Notes: generated by a model from the sequence alone, not told the origin. A stretch of 64,000 nt of DNA from Marsupella aquatica (GCA_973895155.1 OZ316892.1:11472238-11536237); one strand, 5' to 3'; positions 13,428 through 27,600 are shown, counted from the first letter of the stretch. Numbers and translations are program-made.

Positions 13428-15428
13428 TCATGAGGACTTGTCCATGAGTTGAATAGGAGTCAAAATGTTTTGCTTGTTAATCTCCACAATACACCCATTC
13501 ACTACCATTTCCTCCAGCATGAAATGAGCTTTCTCAAGATGGAACATGATGTCCAATTCGCACTGCACATGTCAGAAATGCAGCTCAGGGTAATGCAAGG
13601 ATCAAGTGACGCTCAATTTCGAAGTGGCGGAACACAAGGACGCGGACTGCACTAAAGCCTCAAGAACAATATAATTCTAGGCTTTGGGGAAGAAACCGAC
13701 TCTAACACCGATAAACACCCCATTGGTCATTGAGGATGCCAGTCCGAAGTCTCAAAGAGTCTTAAAAGTACCAGACAACAGTTATCCAAATCTCAATTTC
13801 CAAAACAACGAGTGAAACCAAGACCAAACCAAAATCTAAGGAGTTGAGTTCACTGACCACATTGCCGAAATATCGATCTAGGGTTTCCACCACGCAATGG
13901 ATGAACTCCAAGATTGCCATCTCATTCTGCATAATCATAACCATTCATATCAATGTAATTTGTAACGAAAGCATTCAAACAGCCCACATATGGTGCAACG
14001 GGAGAAAGGCGTAAATAGCAGTCATGTCTTACGTGGACTGTGATAATCACTAGATTGAAAAATAGAAAATGTTTTGAATGCAGAATTTTTTTAACAAACA
14101 TGTAGTCACTTGTAATCAACACCGAACTCGCCATGCAGTCTGCCTAGTGGCTCCGCTTCCCACGAGAAAAGAGTCCTTGAATTATTTTGTCTGGAATGAG
14201 GAAAAGTCTTGTCCTGCCTGTGAGACAAGACTAGCCCTACGGCAAAGACCATAGCACAAACCGAGGTGCAAATATCTTACTGCGAATGATTTCACTCACT
14301 CCTGAGGCCACCCTTGGAATTTGAAGTTAAGAATGGTGGTCCCAGCTTCACTCGAAACGGAAATGTATTTATGAGGGACAGCAAGTTGAAATGATTTATT
14401 GCCTAAGAATGACATTTCGATCACCATTATGGTTCGGGGAGTGGAAATCAAAGGAATACGGTAGATCCAGCTCATAGCATCAAGCTCTTGTGATGCAAAC
14501 CCTACTCATCGGGCTATAAGAGACAAGATTGACAGTGAAGAAAAAAGTATCAAGACTCACTATACATAGAACACCGCTGCTCCTTCCCCTCATAAGGGTT
14601 TATAGCTTCCACAGTTTAGGAAGGACCTGGAATTGCGTGCGACTTTCAGGATGCACAAGATGTTGATTAGGTCCGCTTGTAGTCATGATGAGTATGAAGA
14701 GGAAAAGGGACACAGAGTATCTTGGAGGAACATAGTAACATTGTCTTACCTCATCCCCGTCTACCCCCACCAAGAAGAACAGGGAAGCATATCGCCTGTA
14801 GATTATTTTGTAGTTCCGATGTTCCACAAACGAGCACTGCAATGAAAGACCACACTCCCAGAATTAGGATTTGCCTCAGCCAGCCAACATAGCTGATACC
14901 TAAAAGCAGATGTTGAAAGGCAGATATCCACACTAATCTTCGCAATTACCTTAAAGTTAAGAGCAACCCAAAACCGCCCAGCTCTGTCGCCCACAATAAA
15001 TGCGGCAGACTCTTCCGTAGACTAACATGCAAGGACGCATAGACCATGAACAAAAGCCTGGGAGGCACAAGCAAATTGCTACTGCAGGACTGAACCACAC
15101 ACGAATCCTGGGTTTGACATGGCTGACGACAAGCTGAGGGAAACGCGAAGCAAAGCAAAGCTACGATCTTTTGCGACGAGGTCTTTCAGGAGTATGCGAA
15201 CCAAGTGGGATGAGAAAGCTATTCAGATCTAACAGAAGTTTCTTTCACAGGGGAGGAAGGACCGAACGGATAGCAGAAACTAGAAACCTGTTGTTCGGTT
15301 CTCTTGAGGCACTTGCGCACGATCTCTCCCTCGAGAGCCCGGCGTTCTTCGATGGTCAAGTACTCATAGTATTGTGCCAGCCTGGTCTGCCCTTGCCTAT
15401 TCACCAGAAGCACGAACCTAATCGCCAT
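13428..15428 (-). CDS. AP4S: AP-4 adaptor complex subunit sigma (143 aa)
   Basis: Exons 15428-15288, 14836-14750, 13926-13858, 13562-13428, all GT-AG and phase 0. Protein [21 protein letters not shown]...[14 protein letters not shown]...[43 protein letters not shown] is typical of sigma-4. Confidence 0.95.
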
Positions 15429-17702
15429 TGCCGCCCCGGGCTGTCAGTTCTAGATCAAGACTGCAGTTCTGATTTTCCCCAGGCGTGCAGGATCCCTGGT
15501 ATGCGCCCTAAGATGGTCAGCAGTAGACTCATCCAGAGCTCCAGCTGAACCAACGTTGACAGGACAAGTCAACAGTAATAAGATTTTCACAGTCAATCGC
15601 AAATCTTAATCCTTAAGCTGCAACTCGCGCGAGAGAGCCATTGGACGAACTCATCGTGTGACAAACCCAAGAACAAAATTATATCAAAGAAATCAAAAGT
15701 TCGGTGAAAGCTCTTTACCTCTGCTTCCTTGCTGCAGAGCGGGCACTTGTCGATCTTGTCCTCTCGGCTTGGACACTGAGAAATCGTCACTACCCACGCT
15801 CGAGCTCTACAATAAGAGAGCCTAGTGCATCAATTTCTCTCAATCAAATTAAAATTGGAGAGGGTACAGTAGTTTCTGCGCTGAATTGCTTGGTTGGGAG
15901 GTTCGTGTTTCGCAGCATCTTCGTTCAAGACCTTCACTCTCGACGAGCTCTGGGGCATGGTCATGAAAACTAGCATTTCGTCATTTGAACAGGAGAAGAA
16001 GACTTTTGCTGTCACGGAAGACAATCGTTATTACTACATTAGCCTCTGGACAGGAGGGTGAAAAAAGAATAATGACCAGTCAAAAGTACTGTAAGGTGAA
16101 ACCACCGAGGGTTAGCTATTTTAACCCATTAACGTAACGTGAAACCAATCTGTCTTAGAGCACCCCACTAGTGAGCTATTCCTTTATATATCCAAACACT
16201 ATATGTGGATTACACAATTTCATTTTGGTTGGAAGTCTCTCTGACCTTTCAATCCTGGTGACGTTTTCCCCTAATCATGAGATAGACATAAAGGTGCCAT
16301 GTGCACCTTTTGAGTGCTCAACCTGTCACTCACCCCCCAGCTCGCGCACTCCTTGAAATCCAGTTGTCAGGCTGACTACCCAACTGCCCACAACTTCCGA
16401 GTGCCTGGCCATCTCACTTATGCTAGACAAAACTTACAATTGACAATCTTAAGCAACAAATTTGAATTGGGCTAGTTTGTCTAGAAGTGCACACTCAAGA
16501 TTGAACCACAATTTTCTCTATTACAACAATCACATGCAAAGTACTGAAGAGGCTTTCCGGATATATTCATTCATGGGATCTTACCTGATTGTGGTTATTG
16601 ATTCCAATTTATATTTGGGAAGAGCCCGCACGGGTGGGTTGGGGGGGGAGGGGGGCGCTCAGAGGCCCATCAGTACCAGCCAAGGGAATGCAAGCCACCA
16701 GAGTGCATATAATTGAAGGTGGGGGAGGGAAAACCCAACACCCCCACCCCAAACCACCTACACCTAACCAGACCATGAGACCCCGAAGAGCCACAGAGGG
16801 GTGGCTCTCACATGGACCCAGTGCTAGATCAATCTGCTCTGGTTGGATCTTGTAAAATTCACCTAAATAATTTTTTTATTGTTCCTTTGGTTACAGGACT
16901 GAGTCCAATAGAATAGCTAGATTAAACTTCTAGACCAGCAAGGAAAGACAAAATTTTGACCCGCTATATGGCTAACCCTCACTTGATATCTCTACCTTTG
17001 CTTTGCCTGAGATAGGCCAAGAATAACCATTGTTTAGAAAGGTCCAAAATGGTAATTTTAAATTTCTCATCAAGGGTTTTAATAAATAATACAGAGTAAG
17101 GAAGGATACTGGCTATGCTTCTGATATGGGTCAAGGGGCAGAGGAAGTTCAGAAATATGCCAAACTGCTGCACCTAAAAGCCTTAACCAAATGATAGTGC
17201 AAAACCTGTTCACACAAAACACTTGAGTGGCACTCGGCGTTCAGCTCAAGTGGCCAGGAGTGACTTGTGAGTGACAGATCTGAAGTTCAATCCATTCACC
17301 AGACACTTCTGCCCAGTTTTGGCTATGGGGTGGCAAAGGTGATTTACAACGCAACATCTCAAGTTAGTTCCTTGACCAGAAAATTTTGCTGCACTTTCTG
17401 TTATGGTATGGCAGAACCCTATGCATACAACAAGGTTCTATTCCAAACAGTCTCAGGCAAGTTTTCTACCAGACAATTTTGCCTAGAATCCTTTTGCATG
17501 CAGCATGGTTCTATTTCATACGGTCTCACACTCATTGACATAATCAGAACATTTTTTCTCTTAAGAAAATTCCCCTATGTCTATATTTTTTGTGTCTATT
17601 ATGAATAAAAATTCCAACAATTTGATACCAATTAATCCAAATTTGATACCAATTAATCCTGAATCTTTTGCAAATCCCTAAGAGTTTTGCTATGAGTTTA
17701 AT

Positions 17703-17824
17703 AGATGTTATGCACCACGTGCATGTAATATATCACAATGCCAAAGGGCAAAAACTCCATGTTTAGTAGATGTTATGCACCATGGGCATGTAATATATCA
17801 CAATGCCAAAGGGCAAAAACTCCA
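17703..17824. repeat. 64-bp tandem duplication
   Basis: TAGATGTTATGCACCA..GCATGTAATATATCACAATGCCAAAGGGCAAAAACTCCA occurs twice. Confidence 0.85.
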
Positions 17825-19115
17825 AACCCGGGAGAAGGTATCCCACAGGCATATAATTATCTTGTAATAAACCCCCCTCTTTGTTACCCAGCTTTCCCCT
17901 TTCTTGAAAAATGTATATTTTGACGTGAAATTCTGTTCCAGAAGTAAACGAATCTTTTACCCAACAAACAAGGATAAACATGAAACGTGGATACTTGCCA
18001 GCGCCCAAGAATCACTTTCTAATGTGCGAATTTCTGAACTTGTCCCAAAAGGAAAGCAAGCATCACGAGCAGGAAACACTGCTCATTCGCATCTATCTAG
18101 ATCGAAGCATGGTGAGCAGAGACAAGGGCCCTTCGTACTCCGAGCCACAATTCTAATCTCCGAACGACCCACTGTACCTGTAGCTTGATATACCTCGTCG
18201 GGCTCTTCGAAATGGCATGGCGGCTGGCTGGCTAATAACAAATTGCACTACTAAGAAAATTTGCAAAACTACGAAATCTCTGCAGTTGGTCATCACCAAA
18301 CCAGTAACCTTTCCATTTAGGTGATCAGAAACCCCTCCGTGACCTAGAGAATCTGAAGGTAACCCAGGCAACTAATGTGAGGAAAGAATATCCTCCATAC
18401 ACTCTGAAGGACAAGTGAACAGCCTATTTCTCAATTGTTTCTAGTTTACCATCACTAGCTGAGGCTCCAATGCAGATATTTGTTCGGTGCACTTCGATCC
18501 TGTGTGAAAAGAAAGTCTCATTTGCCGTCCGAAGTCATACAATCGATAGTCCGTAGCATATGTTACAGGTTCTCAGGGTGACATTCATGCACATTTCACT
18601 TCACTTGATTCCATGTGTCAGGTGGAGGCAGTGGTAAAAAGCTTTAGTTATTGAAAAGCATTCGCAGAACAGATTAGGACACAAACCGGATCCGTGGCGT
18701 TTCAGTATGTTGTCAAAACTTAAGGATGAAAACATCCACCGCTGCCCAGATGTACAGCAACAGGTGGAAATCGATAAAAGAATTAAAGCACCGGATCAGT
18801 GAAATGAGGAGTCAGCTTTGCGTGTGGATGTTGATTTGGAAACAAACGCTGAATATAATACCAACCCAGTAAAGAATTGACGTATCTGTTTGCTAAGAAC
18901 TCAGTACCCTTACTCTTCACTTGCCGGACAAAGACGCACTAAGCCTACACCTACCAGAAAGACCCTGTCCTAAACTAAAACACGGTGTGTCCAACTGTGA
19001 TGCGTGATTTTTCGGGAAAGTTTAAAACCTACCCTTCAGATCCAAGCATATCTTGTAGTACTGAATACGGATTGCCAAAACTATCTGCACAATGGACAGT
19101 GGACGGGCTTTACAT

Positions 19116-21259
19116 TCAGTCAAGAACCTTGGATATGACACCGGCACCGACAGTCTTTCCTCCCTCTCTAATGGCGAACCTCATCTTCTGTTCGCAAGCA
19201 ATAGCGTTGATGAGCTGCACAGTCATTTTGATACGATCACCAGGCATGACCATTTTCGTCTCCTCTCCCTTGTCATTCTCGACTGAGGAGACGGATCCAG
19301 TCACGTCTGTTGTCCTCATGTAAAATTGTGGCCTGTAACCCGCGAAGAAGGGGGAATGTCTCCCTCCCTCCTCTTTCTTCAAGATGTAAACGGATGCCTC
19401 AAACTTGCTATGGGGAAGGATGCTTCCAGGCTTGGACAGAACCATCCCTCTCTGAATATCAGCCTTGGTGATGCCTCTCAGAAGAATTCCTATGTTGTCT
19501 CCTGCAAGGGCCTCGTCCAACAACTTTTGGAACATCTCGAGCCCGGTCACCGTGGTTCCCCTTGTTTCTTTCAATCCCACAATCTCCACGGTTTCGCCTA
19601 CCTTAATGGTGCCACGCTCGACACGACCGGTGGCAACAGTTCCTCGTCCAGTAATAGAGAACACGTCCTCCACAGCCATCAAGAATGGCAACTCCGTTTG
19701 TCTGGCTGGTACAGGAATGTAGTTATCCACTTCGTCCATCAGGTCGAAAATCTTGTCAACCCATTTGTTCTCACCTCGGCCAATTTTGGGATTCTCTATG
19801 AGGGCCTCAAGTGCGAGAAGAGCAGACCCTGAGACAATGGGGACATCATCACCAGGAAACTCGTACGAGGTCAGGAGATCCCGGACTTCGAGGTCGACAA
19901 GCTCCAAGAGTTCGTCATCGTCAACCTGGTCCTGCTTGTTTAGGAACACAACCATATTGGGCACACCGACTTGCTTGGCCAGGAGAATATGCTCCTTAGT
20001 CTGAGGCATGGGACCATCAGCACCAGATACCACGAGGATTGCACCATCCATTTGCGCAGCCCCTGTAATCATGTTCTTGACGTAATCTGCGTGTCCAGGG
20101 CAATCGACATGCGCATAATGGCGGTTGGCAGTCTCGTACTCAACTGTGGCTGTATTGATGGTGATTCCTCTCGCCTTCTCCTCCGGTGCAGCATCAATCT
20201 CATCGTACTTCTTTCCGGTACGCCCTCCAATGGAGGCGAGTGCCATACTAAGGGCGGCGGTGAGGGTTGTCTTGCCATGGTCAACGTGCCCAATCGTGCC
20301 GATGTTGAGATGGGGCTTATTCCTTTCAAATTTACCTCGTGCCGCTCGCACCACGAGAACATCACTCCTCCTTCTCGTCGACGAGGAGCTGAACACCAAA
20401 ACAAAGTGCAACCTCTCGTCAATCCATATCAAATTCCTAGCTCCAGGTAACCTAACCAACAGCTTCCGCACCTCCAACTTTCCATGCTATCTTCTAAAGG
20501 GATGAGAGTTTCCGGAAAGAGGCCGCAAGCGCCTCTACGACATTCCACCCAATCTCCAAAACTAGTCAAGCCAAAGCAGAAATTTGATCTGTTTCTACAC
20601 AGGTTTGCAGGGTGGAATGTCGTAGAGGCGCTTGAAACAGACCAACAATCTCAACAGATAGAGAGGATTTGACAGCGGTCACTAGAAACTCCGAAACACT
20701 GGAATTCCGGCATATCAACTGATACATGGAGGACCGAAAGGACGAATGGCAGAGCTCACTGAACCACGACAACACAAAAGCAGAGTTCTCACGACTGAGG
20801 AAAACAGCACATCAATGGCACCTCTCGGTCAGCTTCCACCAACACAGCATTCTCTACAAACTGAGTATAATCGCCACTCACGAAGTACGAGAAGAACATC
20901 ACCCCGCACACGCACAGGAGATGGGGGAAGACTTGGGGCAATTCCTACAGCGAGGGCACGAAATGCGCCAAACGCAACGCATTAAAGCGCATACTGCTCA
21001 GAAAACAACAAACGAATCCTCTAGAAGACATTTCAAACCAAGAACAACGCACTGACCTTTCCTTCCAAGCCACAGCTCGTGCCGCGTCCGTGAAACTGGC
21101 TTGCGAGAACGAGAATCCCGAGCTCAGTATTCTCTGAGCCCCAATCTGCTTCGCCTTCAGAGCACCTCCATCCGCAGAGACTCTGGTGCACGGTGCCGCG
21201 TTCCTCGGCACAGACGCACACACGGTCACAAAAGTCGGTGTTGCTGTGCAGCTCGCCAT
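19116..21259 (-). CDS. tufA: Nuclear-encoded chloroplast translation elongation factor Tu precursor (491 aa)
   Basis: Exon 1 (21259-21057) encodes a Ser/Ala/Thr-rich transit peptide, followed by a phase-2 GT-AG intron and exon 2 (20388-19116). The mature part starts [11 protein letters not shown] and has [16 protein letters not shown] and NKQD motifs plus the plastid-type [15 protein letters not shown] segment. Confidence 0.96.
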
Positions 21260-21504
21260 CGCCAACGCCCAGGCACGCGAAATCCCAAATCAAGCTCTCG
21301 CTCGGACGAAGTGGAGTGGGGACCGAGGAAAGGAGGAAGGGCACCAAAGAGATGGGTCGCGCAGAGGAGACGAACTCTGGAGACGGAGTAGGTCTGAAAA
21401 GTGCGATTATCCGACGACAGAAAGATTGCAGAATAGATAGGATGATGCCAGCCACAGATTTGGGGTTCCCCACCTCAATCTGAGGCCCCCAGCCCCCGAG
21501 TTTT

Positions 21505-23185
21505 TCAGATGGATTGGATGGATTGGTTCGAATCCAAAGGCCGATGGAAAGATAGAAAAGCGAGAGCCTGATGAACGAGAGAGAGAGAGAGGCGAGTTCG
21601 AGACTGGGCAATTTTATTTGTAAATCTGGGATGGGGGGTTAAGAGGGCACTAAACCCCTAGTGTATTTTTGTCTTTGTATCGAGATGGCTATGGTCGGCA
21701 ATCTATAGGGTAATGTAGGTCTGGGCGCAGGGTTACTAGGATGTAACCTTGCGAATATGAAAAGAAGCTGACCGGCGGCAGCCACAAAGCTCCTTTGAAT
21801 ATTCTGGGAGCAGGTTACAGACTATAACCCCAGCCCTGCCCTCCATTAGTGTACGTAAGTCCTACCCGGAAAGAGGTTACCAGTTCAACTTTTCAGGAGA
21901 AGAGATTATGACTATAGCAGGCCCTGCAAAAATGGTTACACACAGGTAACCTATTCTCCTGACAGGATTTATGTTATTTGTAAATCTGGTAGTGGGGGTT
22001 AAAATGGTACTAAACCCCTTGTGTGTTTTATTTTCTTTGTATTTATGAGGATACGAGCCCTATGCCCGTGCGTTGCATGGCGCAATGAGGGCTGGCCCAT
22101 AGGGATTGGACCGGGGGGCGAGAGTCAGGGGCGAGCGCATTGGGACCAAGGGGAGGGCGAGGCAGGGTGTCAGGGCGAGGCATTGCAAGCATTGATGCCC
22201 GTATATGTATATTGCGAGGGGGGTCCATAATGAAGGCACAGGCGTGGGAGGCCTCATCAGCGAGGGCGAGTGCTAATCAAACGGATACGATAATCCTCTA
22301 AAATATCTATGGCCAGTTTTGATTCCCGCCAATTTTGGATTTCATAACAGGATGAAAGACAAAAAAAAATCATGGATCACTTATTATAGTTGAGATACAT
22401 GGGTTATGACCAACAGGACTAGGCAATTTTATTTGTAAATCTGGTACTGGGGGTTAAGATGGTACTAAACCCATTGTGTATTATTCAGATGGAATGGATG
22501 GCTTGGTCCCAATCCAAAGGGCGATGGAAAGATAGAAAAGCAAGAGCCTGATGAAGGAGACAGATGCAAGTGTGAGACTAGGTAAATATATTTGTAAATC
22601 TGGTAGTGGGGATTACAATGGTCTCACTATTTCTTCTTTGTATTTATTGAGATGGTTATGATGTTGGGGACCTATCGGACGACATGACAGTAATTTGAAC
22701 CAGCATACAACAACAAATCAACACCAACAAAGAGAGTATGGTTCACGGTTGTGAGAGAATCAATATGAACATAGCAAGTACATTCACCATGGCCTAGCTC
22801 CACAAACATTCACTATGACCTGATCTCTCTCACTCTCCACAGCCTCCGCACACAAAAGACTTAACTCTCAAATGTGAGCACACATTTGTCTTCCCCTTGG
22901 GTACACCCATCCCGTTGGCTATGAGAACCCGGAACTCAAACAAACAAGTGCTATCATAGTTTGCTAAAGTTGAACTAGTATTATGGAAGTAAATAAATTG
23001 TACTAAACACATAACCTAACATAATGAATCCTTACCCACGAGTGGCAAGTGAGAGATTGGGCAATTTTATTTGTAAATCTGGTAATAAGGGTAGAGATGA
23101 TCTAAAACTCCTTGTGTACGTGTTTTTTTTGTATTTCTAGAGATGATATCCATTAGAATGGACAACTCTATCTGTAAATCTGGCT
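21505..23185. repeat. Locally duplicated segments upstream of EF-Tu
   Basis: The ~115-bp block at 21505-21630 is repeated at 22485-22605. The (GGCAATTT)TATTTGTAAATCTGG..GGGGTTAA..GGTACTAAACCC unit recurs at ~21607, 21975, 22422, 22581 and 23061, and partially at 23170. Confidence 0.8.
22054..22395 (-). mobile_element. Non-autonomous Helitron-like element, copy 1 (342 bp)
   Basis: On the minus strand it reads A|TCTCAACTATAATAAGTGATC ... CCATGCAACGCACGG (hairpin) GCATAGGGCTCG|T. It is inserted between A and T without a TSD and interrupts one copy of the local repeat unit. Confidence 0.75.
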
Positions 23186-24606
23186 CTTATTCTTGGCCCA
23201 TTAGGGGGTAAGTTAAGCTCACAATGCAGCTCCCGTCACTGAATTGTCAAGTATTCCTTTGGCCTGCTCTTTAAAGAGGCACCATATAGATGATGCCTAA
23301 CTGAAATCACAGCCTACTGTGGGCTCTTTACCTCTTTACATGGTTGGAGCCCATCCCAACGGAAGGAAATGCATCACACAACAGCAATCACACAACAGCA
23401 ACTACGAGACCCATTCAGAGATTACAGTGCACAAAGATGGCCTCTGTCAGCCACCTATACACTGCTAGCTCTACGATTCCAACCTGCGGAAAATATGTAT
23501 TTTTATATCAAAGGCTGTCTCTAAATCGAACCTCAACTTCGTCATTGCAATGGCTAGCCATTTCGTCAAATGATCATTCAATAGAACTCGCAATATCTTC
23601 AGTCCACAGATGAGAAGTCGCCTTGTGATTTTGAACTTGTCTGCCATTTTGATGGTAGTTACGTTTTTCGATCACTAAAAGTGATAGCACCTCTTGCTAA
23701 GAGTGAAGAACCGACTGACTGACATGCAGTGATTGATCTCAGAGACAGAATTCATTTACTTAGCCATCCATCAAGCTTTACCAAAATGAACATCTGACGT
23801 GTTGATAACATTGCGCGAGACGAAGAAAGCAGGATTGCCCAACGGATGTGAGATCCTAAAAAATAAGTCCTAATGCTCTTTAGAGTGACTTCAGACTCCG
23901 GTTTGGTCAAAAGAGGAACGATACAGAATACAGGTGGGCTACATTACTGCAAATCTCATCTCCTGGTGGTGCAGATGTTGGACATCAACTCTCCTTCAGT
24001 TCATGTGCAAACTGATTTCTAGTTGACCTTCGGTTATTGGCCCTTTCTCAACTGAAACATGATCTAATTATCAAAGAACAAACCAAAAAGCAGGAGCGAA
24101 CTGTTGGTGATTCCAAGAGTCAACATAGCCCTAGCACACAAGACTATCTTCCCTCCAACGTATGACAGGTTTCCAAGTTCTTCAAACTCATTGCATTCTG
24201 CATCTGCCTGGCATCCGACCACATCCAAACACACCACCAACCAGGGATTAAGCTTGACTTTTCAAATTAGCCTCCCAGAAAATGATTGAAGTAGTTTGGC
24301 ATCTCCGTTTCTACACAGCTGTAAAACTAAACTCCCATCTCGTTCCCCAAAATCATTGCCTTAATGTTTGTTCCCGTCTTCAATTCAACTTCAATTCATT
24401 TCTCCAAACTGGCTCTCCCCATAACACGTACAAGAGCATAGGAGGTTTTCAAGGTTGCCTTATATTATATCCCTGTCGCCTGGCATCAGCAAGGCGGCAG
24501 AGAACTAGAATTCGGTACATATGTCCTGTGCATCCATACTAACTAGACAGACCAGGAATTAACCTCGGAGAGTGCGAGAGAATCACCACGTCGGTGAAGA
24601 ATAACA

Positions 24607-27600
24607 TCAACAACGGATTTCATATGATCCTGCTCTTGTTATGTACCGGACCCATTCGACTGTACTGTAGCCGCTCTTCTCCCACACCTGCCAGCCATGA
24701 AAATCATCAGAAATATTTGTAGGGAGCTTTTGCATAGGAGGACTGTGACTTGGAGTATGGGTTACTCCAAGTCACAGTCCCTTTCTTTGAAACTTTGGGC
24801 ATCTTCAGACCTTCGGTGGCACCATAAATTGAATTGAAAACACAAAAGCAACGATTATACACACAGAAATATGGAGAAAATCAATTTGTTACCTTCAGAA
24901 ATCTAACTCTCAAACCAGAAGCTGTGAACATTGGCACCTGTTGTCATAGAGCCACTTCATCAGTGAACAAGGCACTGGCCCCAACCATAAATCGCAATAA
25001 CCAACAACACTGAAGGTGCTACGTATGAGGACATATAATTAAGTTTTTTACAGCTTATTTATTCAGTAGGCCAAACAGACCTGAAATTCCATTTGGATGG
25101 GAGGCCTTGTCCATGACTTTTTGTCCACCATTGTTGAAATCAGCTCAACCTCTGCACTCATTGTGAACTCAGTTTGTCCTCCTGGAAACTTTCTCACCCT
25201 GTAATTTAAATGCCAGAGTGTATATCCCAAATTTAGGTCTGCAACTGCGTTGGTCACGTCATTTCTGGCCATCTATATGCTCCCATTGCTTGGTATTCAT
25301 GTTCAGCAAGTCTACTGGAGCAACAATACCTAGCGCTAATACACAACACTACAACCATTGCAAGCCAACGTCAGATTAAAACTTTCAACCAAGAAGAAAT
25401 TTTCTTAACAAGGTGACTTTTTCTGGAGATGGTTCAACGAGCATACTTCCAAACCAGGCAGTCCAATGCAGCATTATACTTGGCTCGGCCAGCTGTAACT
25501 TGAAAATTTGCCTTTGCAGTGTGCTTCGGGACAGGGACCTTCACAACCACACCTAGTGCAAACATTTTCGCTCCAAATAGACTCTTTACCTGCAAAGAAT
25601 CCAAACAAACATTTATTGATCTCACCCCTTCCATAGTTCATACTAGAAAGAGCCACTATTCATATAAAAAAAACAACAAACAAACATCCAAGAAGAGATC
25701 CAAAAGGAACACACTAATATTCTGTCATCTTGTACCAACATTCAGATATCAACGAAATCTTTAAAGAACACTTCTCTGATTGAGAGACTGACCTTTACAT
25801 TCACCTCCATGCGGGTACGGCCAAGTTCCTTAATACTAGGGAGAACACGGAAGGGGAGATTGATGCCTTCTGTTATGCGATATCTAAACATTTCATACGA
25901 ATGAGAGTTACAAAACAATTGATTTACGAAAACCATCGAACAGAGAGGATCATGGTTGTATATAGATATATCACGTAAGCGACAGACAAGAGGAAACGAT
26001 CATTGCTCTCTAACGTTCTAAATTTGAAATTAAAGATCCAGCAAACCGTGAAATTTATGAACCAGCAGTACAATTGAATAAATTCTCAACAGTCACTCAC
26101 TTCATCAACTCAAATTCTCCGTCAGGAGGCACAAAGCTCACAGTCTTCTCTGTGTTAAATCGTGTCAGATTGACACATTGATGAAAGGTGACATCATCAA
26201 GCTCAATTGTCTTTCCACTGCAAAACAAATTCCAGACAATACCCAAGATGTCAATCTTGAACAAAGCAAAAATGCCAACAACAGAGACACTCACCATTCT
26301 CTACATTTCACGAACACTCCAGAGTAGATGTACGGTACAAATCTAGCTTTGGTCTAGTGAAGAAGTTCACAGCATCTGGTAAAAACTTGTGGTCGAAAAA
26401 CCACAATGGCAGAGACCAGTAAATCACCTTCTCGAAGGTCGAGCTTTGGCCTGTGCCTCCTTTTCCAATCCAATCTTATCATTTAACCCTAACTTCAGGT
26501 CCGGCATGCCCGATAAGAAGCATTTCATGAGAATCTTTCCAGTTACATCGCATCGCAATGTGTTTCCTACACAACCATCACAATCGAGCATGAGACTGGC
26601 AGGAAAATTCTAAGGGCATTCGAAGGAAAAGCTACCTTTGCATTATCCTTCATTCCTGGGAGAGATGCGAAGAAGGCTGGATACCAAACTATGAACCACC
26701 TCAGGTAACCCACGATAAGATGGGAGGAACCAAATCGAGAATATGTTCACAGTAACTCATATTGTTCCACAGATCAGCAAAATCCACAGCAACCAGGAGA
26801 ATTTAGTCTACAAGACAGAAGTCTTCAAACGGTCAAACAAGAAAGCATGCCTGCTATTGCAATCAATTTCAAGGAAGCAATCCACATAGAGTGGCGAGTG
26901 AATACCCTCGAACCCATCTTTAAAGTGGGAGACCGGATGAACCCCTCCAACCATCAAGATATCATAGTCAGCGAACTAGTTACAAAGCTTTATGGTTTTA
27001 AATGTGAAGTCAAGGAAACCAGCAACCGGCAAGGGGCAATGCAGGATTCAGGAGACGTTCAGCATATTTGCCTACCTCATGGCTCTAAGACATTCAGATG
27101 AATGGATGAGTGACATATTCTCAGAGTACATACTTAGGGGCATACTATGGCCAGAAACCGCATCAGGAGGACCGCTAGATTATTTTGCTGCTTTGTGGAT
27201 TTCTCAAAGCGTGGTGATCCCCAAGGCCTTACCAGTGGCAATCACTATACTTCATCTCCTATGACCAACTCCTGTGCATTGCAGCTCCTGCTCTTCTACT
27301 CTCCACTTACACTGGAGCCTCTCTTTCTTGTTAGAGAAGTTGGGCTTCACAGTGTCGCCATTCACTTGACCATTAACGAATATCTAAGAGAAGCGGAGCC
27401 CAGCTAGTCCGCCTTGCAGGTGGATGCCTTCTATTATCTATCCCACCTCAGCTTGTCATTTCTAACTTCTGTCCTGTATGGCTCTGCTTTGTTTGGGCCT
27501 TGTCCTCTCTGACTTCCTCCTATCTGACTCAGATTAATGTCTTAGTTGGTTTGGCATTCTGCAGCAGCAGCATAACTCACTCAACAGGTGCCAAGCCCGC

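Noticed and set aside
16631-16655. G-quadruplex-capable G-runs
   Set aside because: They lie in intergenic low-complexity, probably retroelement-derived sequence with no functional context.
19116-20477. Bacterial-like EF-Tu as contamination, HGT or a plastid DNA insertion
   Set aside because: It has a spliceosomal intron and a transit-peptide exon. Nuclear tufA is the normal state in land plants.
18985-20505. Multiple plus-strand ORFs overlapping EF-Tu (similar ones overlap LNK and ARF)
   Set aside because: They are antisense shadows of real coding exons with no recognisable motifs.
22300-22308. Evening element AAAATATCT inside Helitron copy 1, upstream of EF-Tu
   Set aside because: About one hit of this AT-rich 9-mer is expected by chance in 64 kb on two strands, and there is no supporting cluster.
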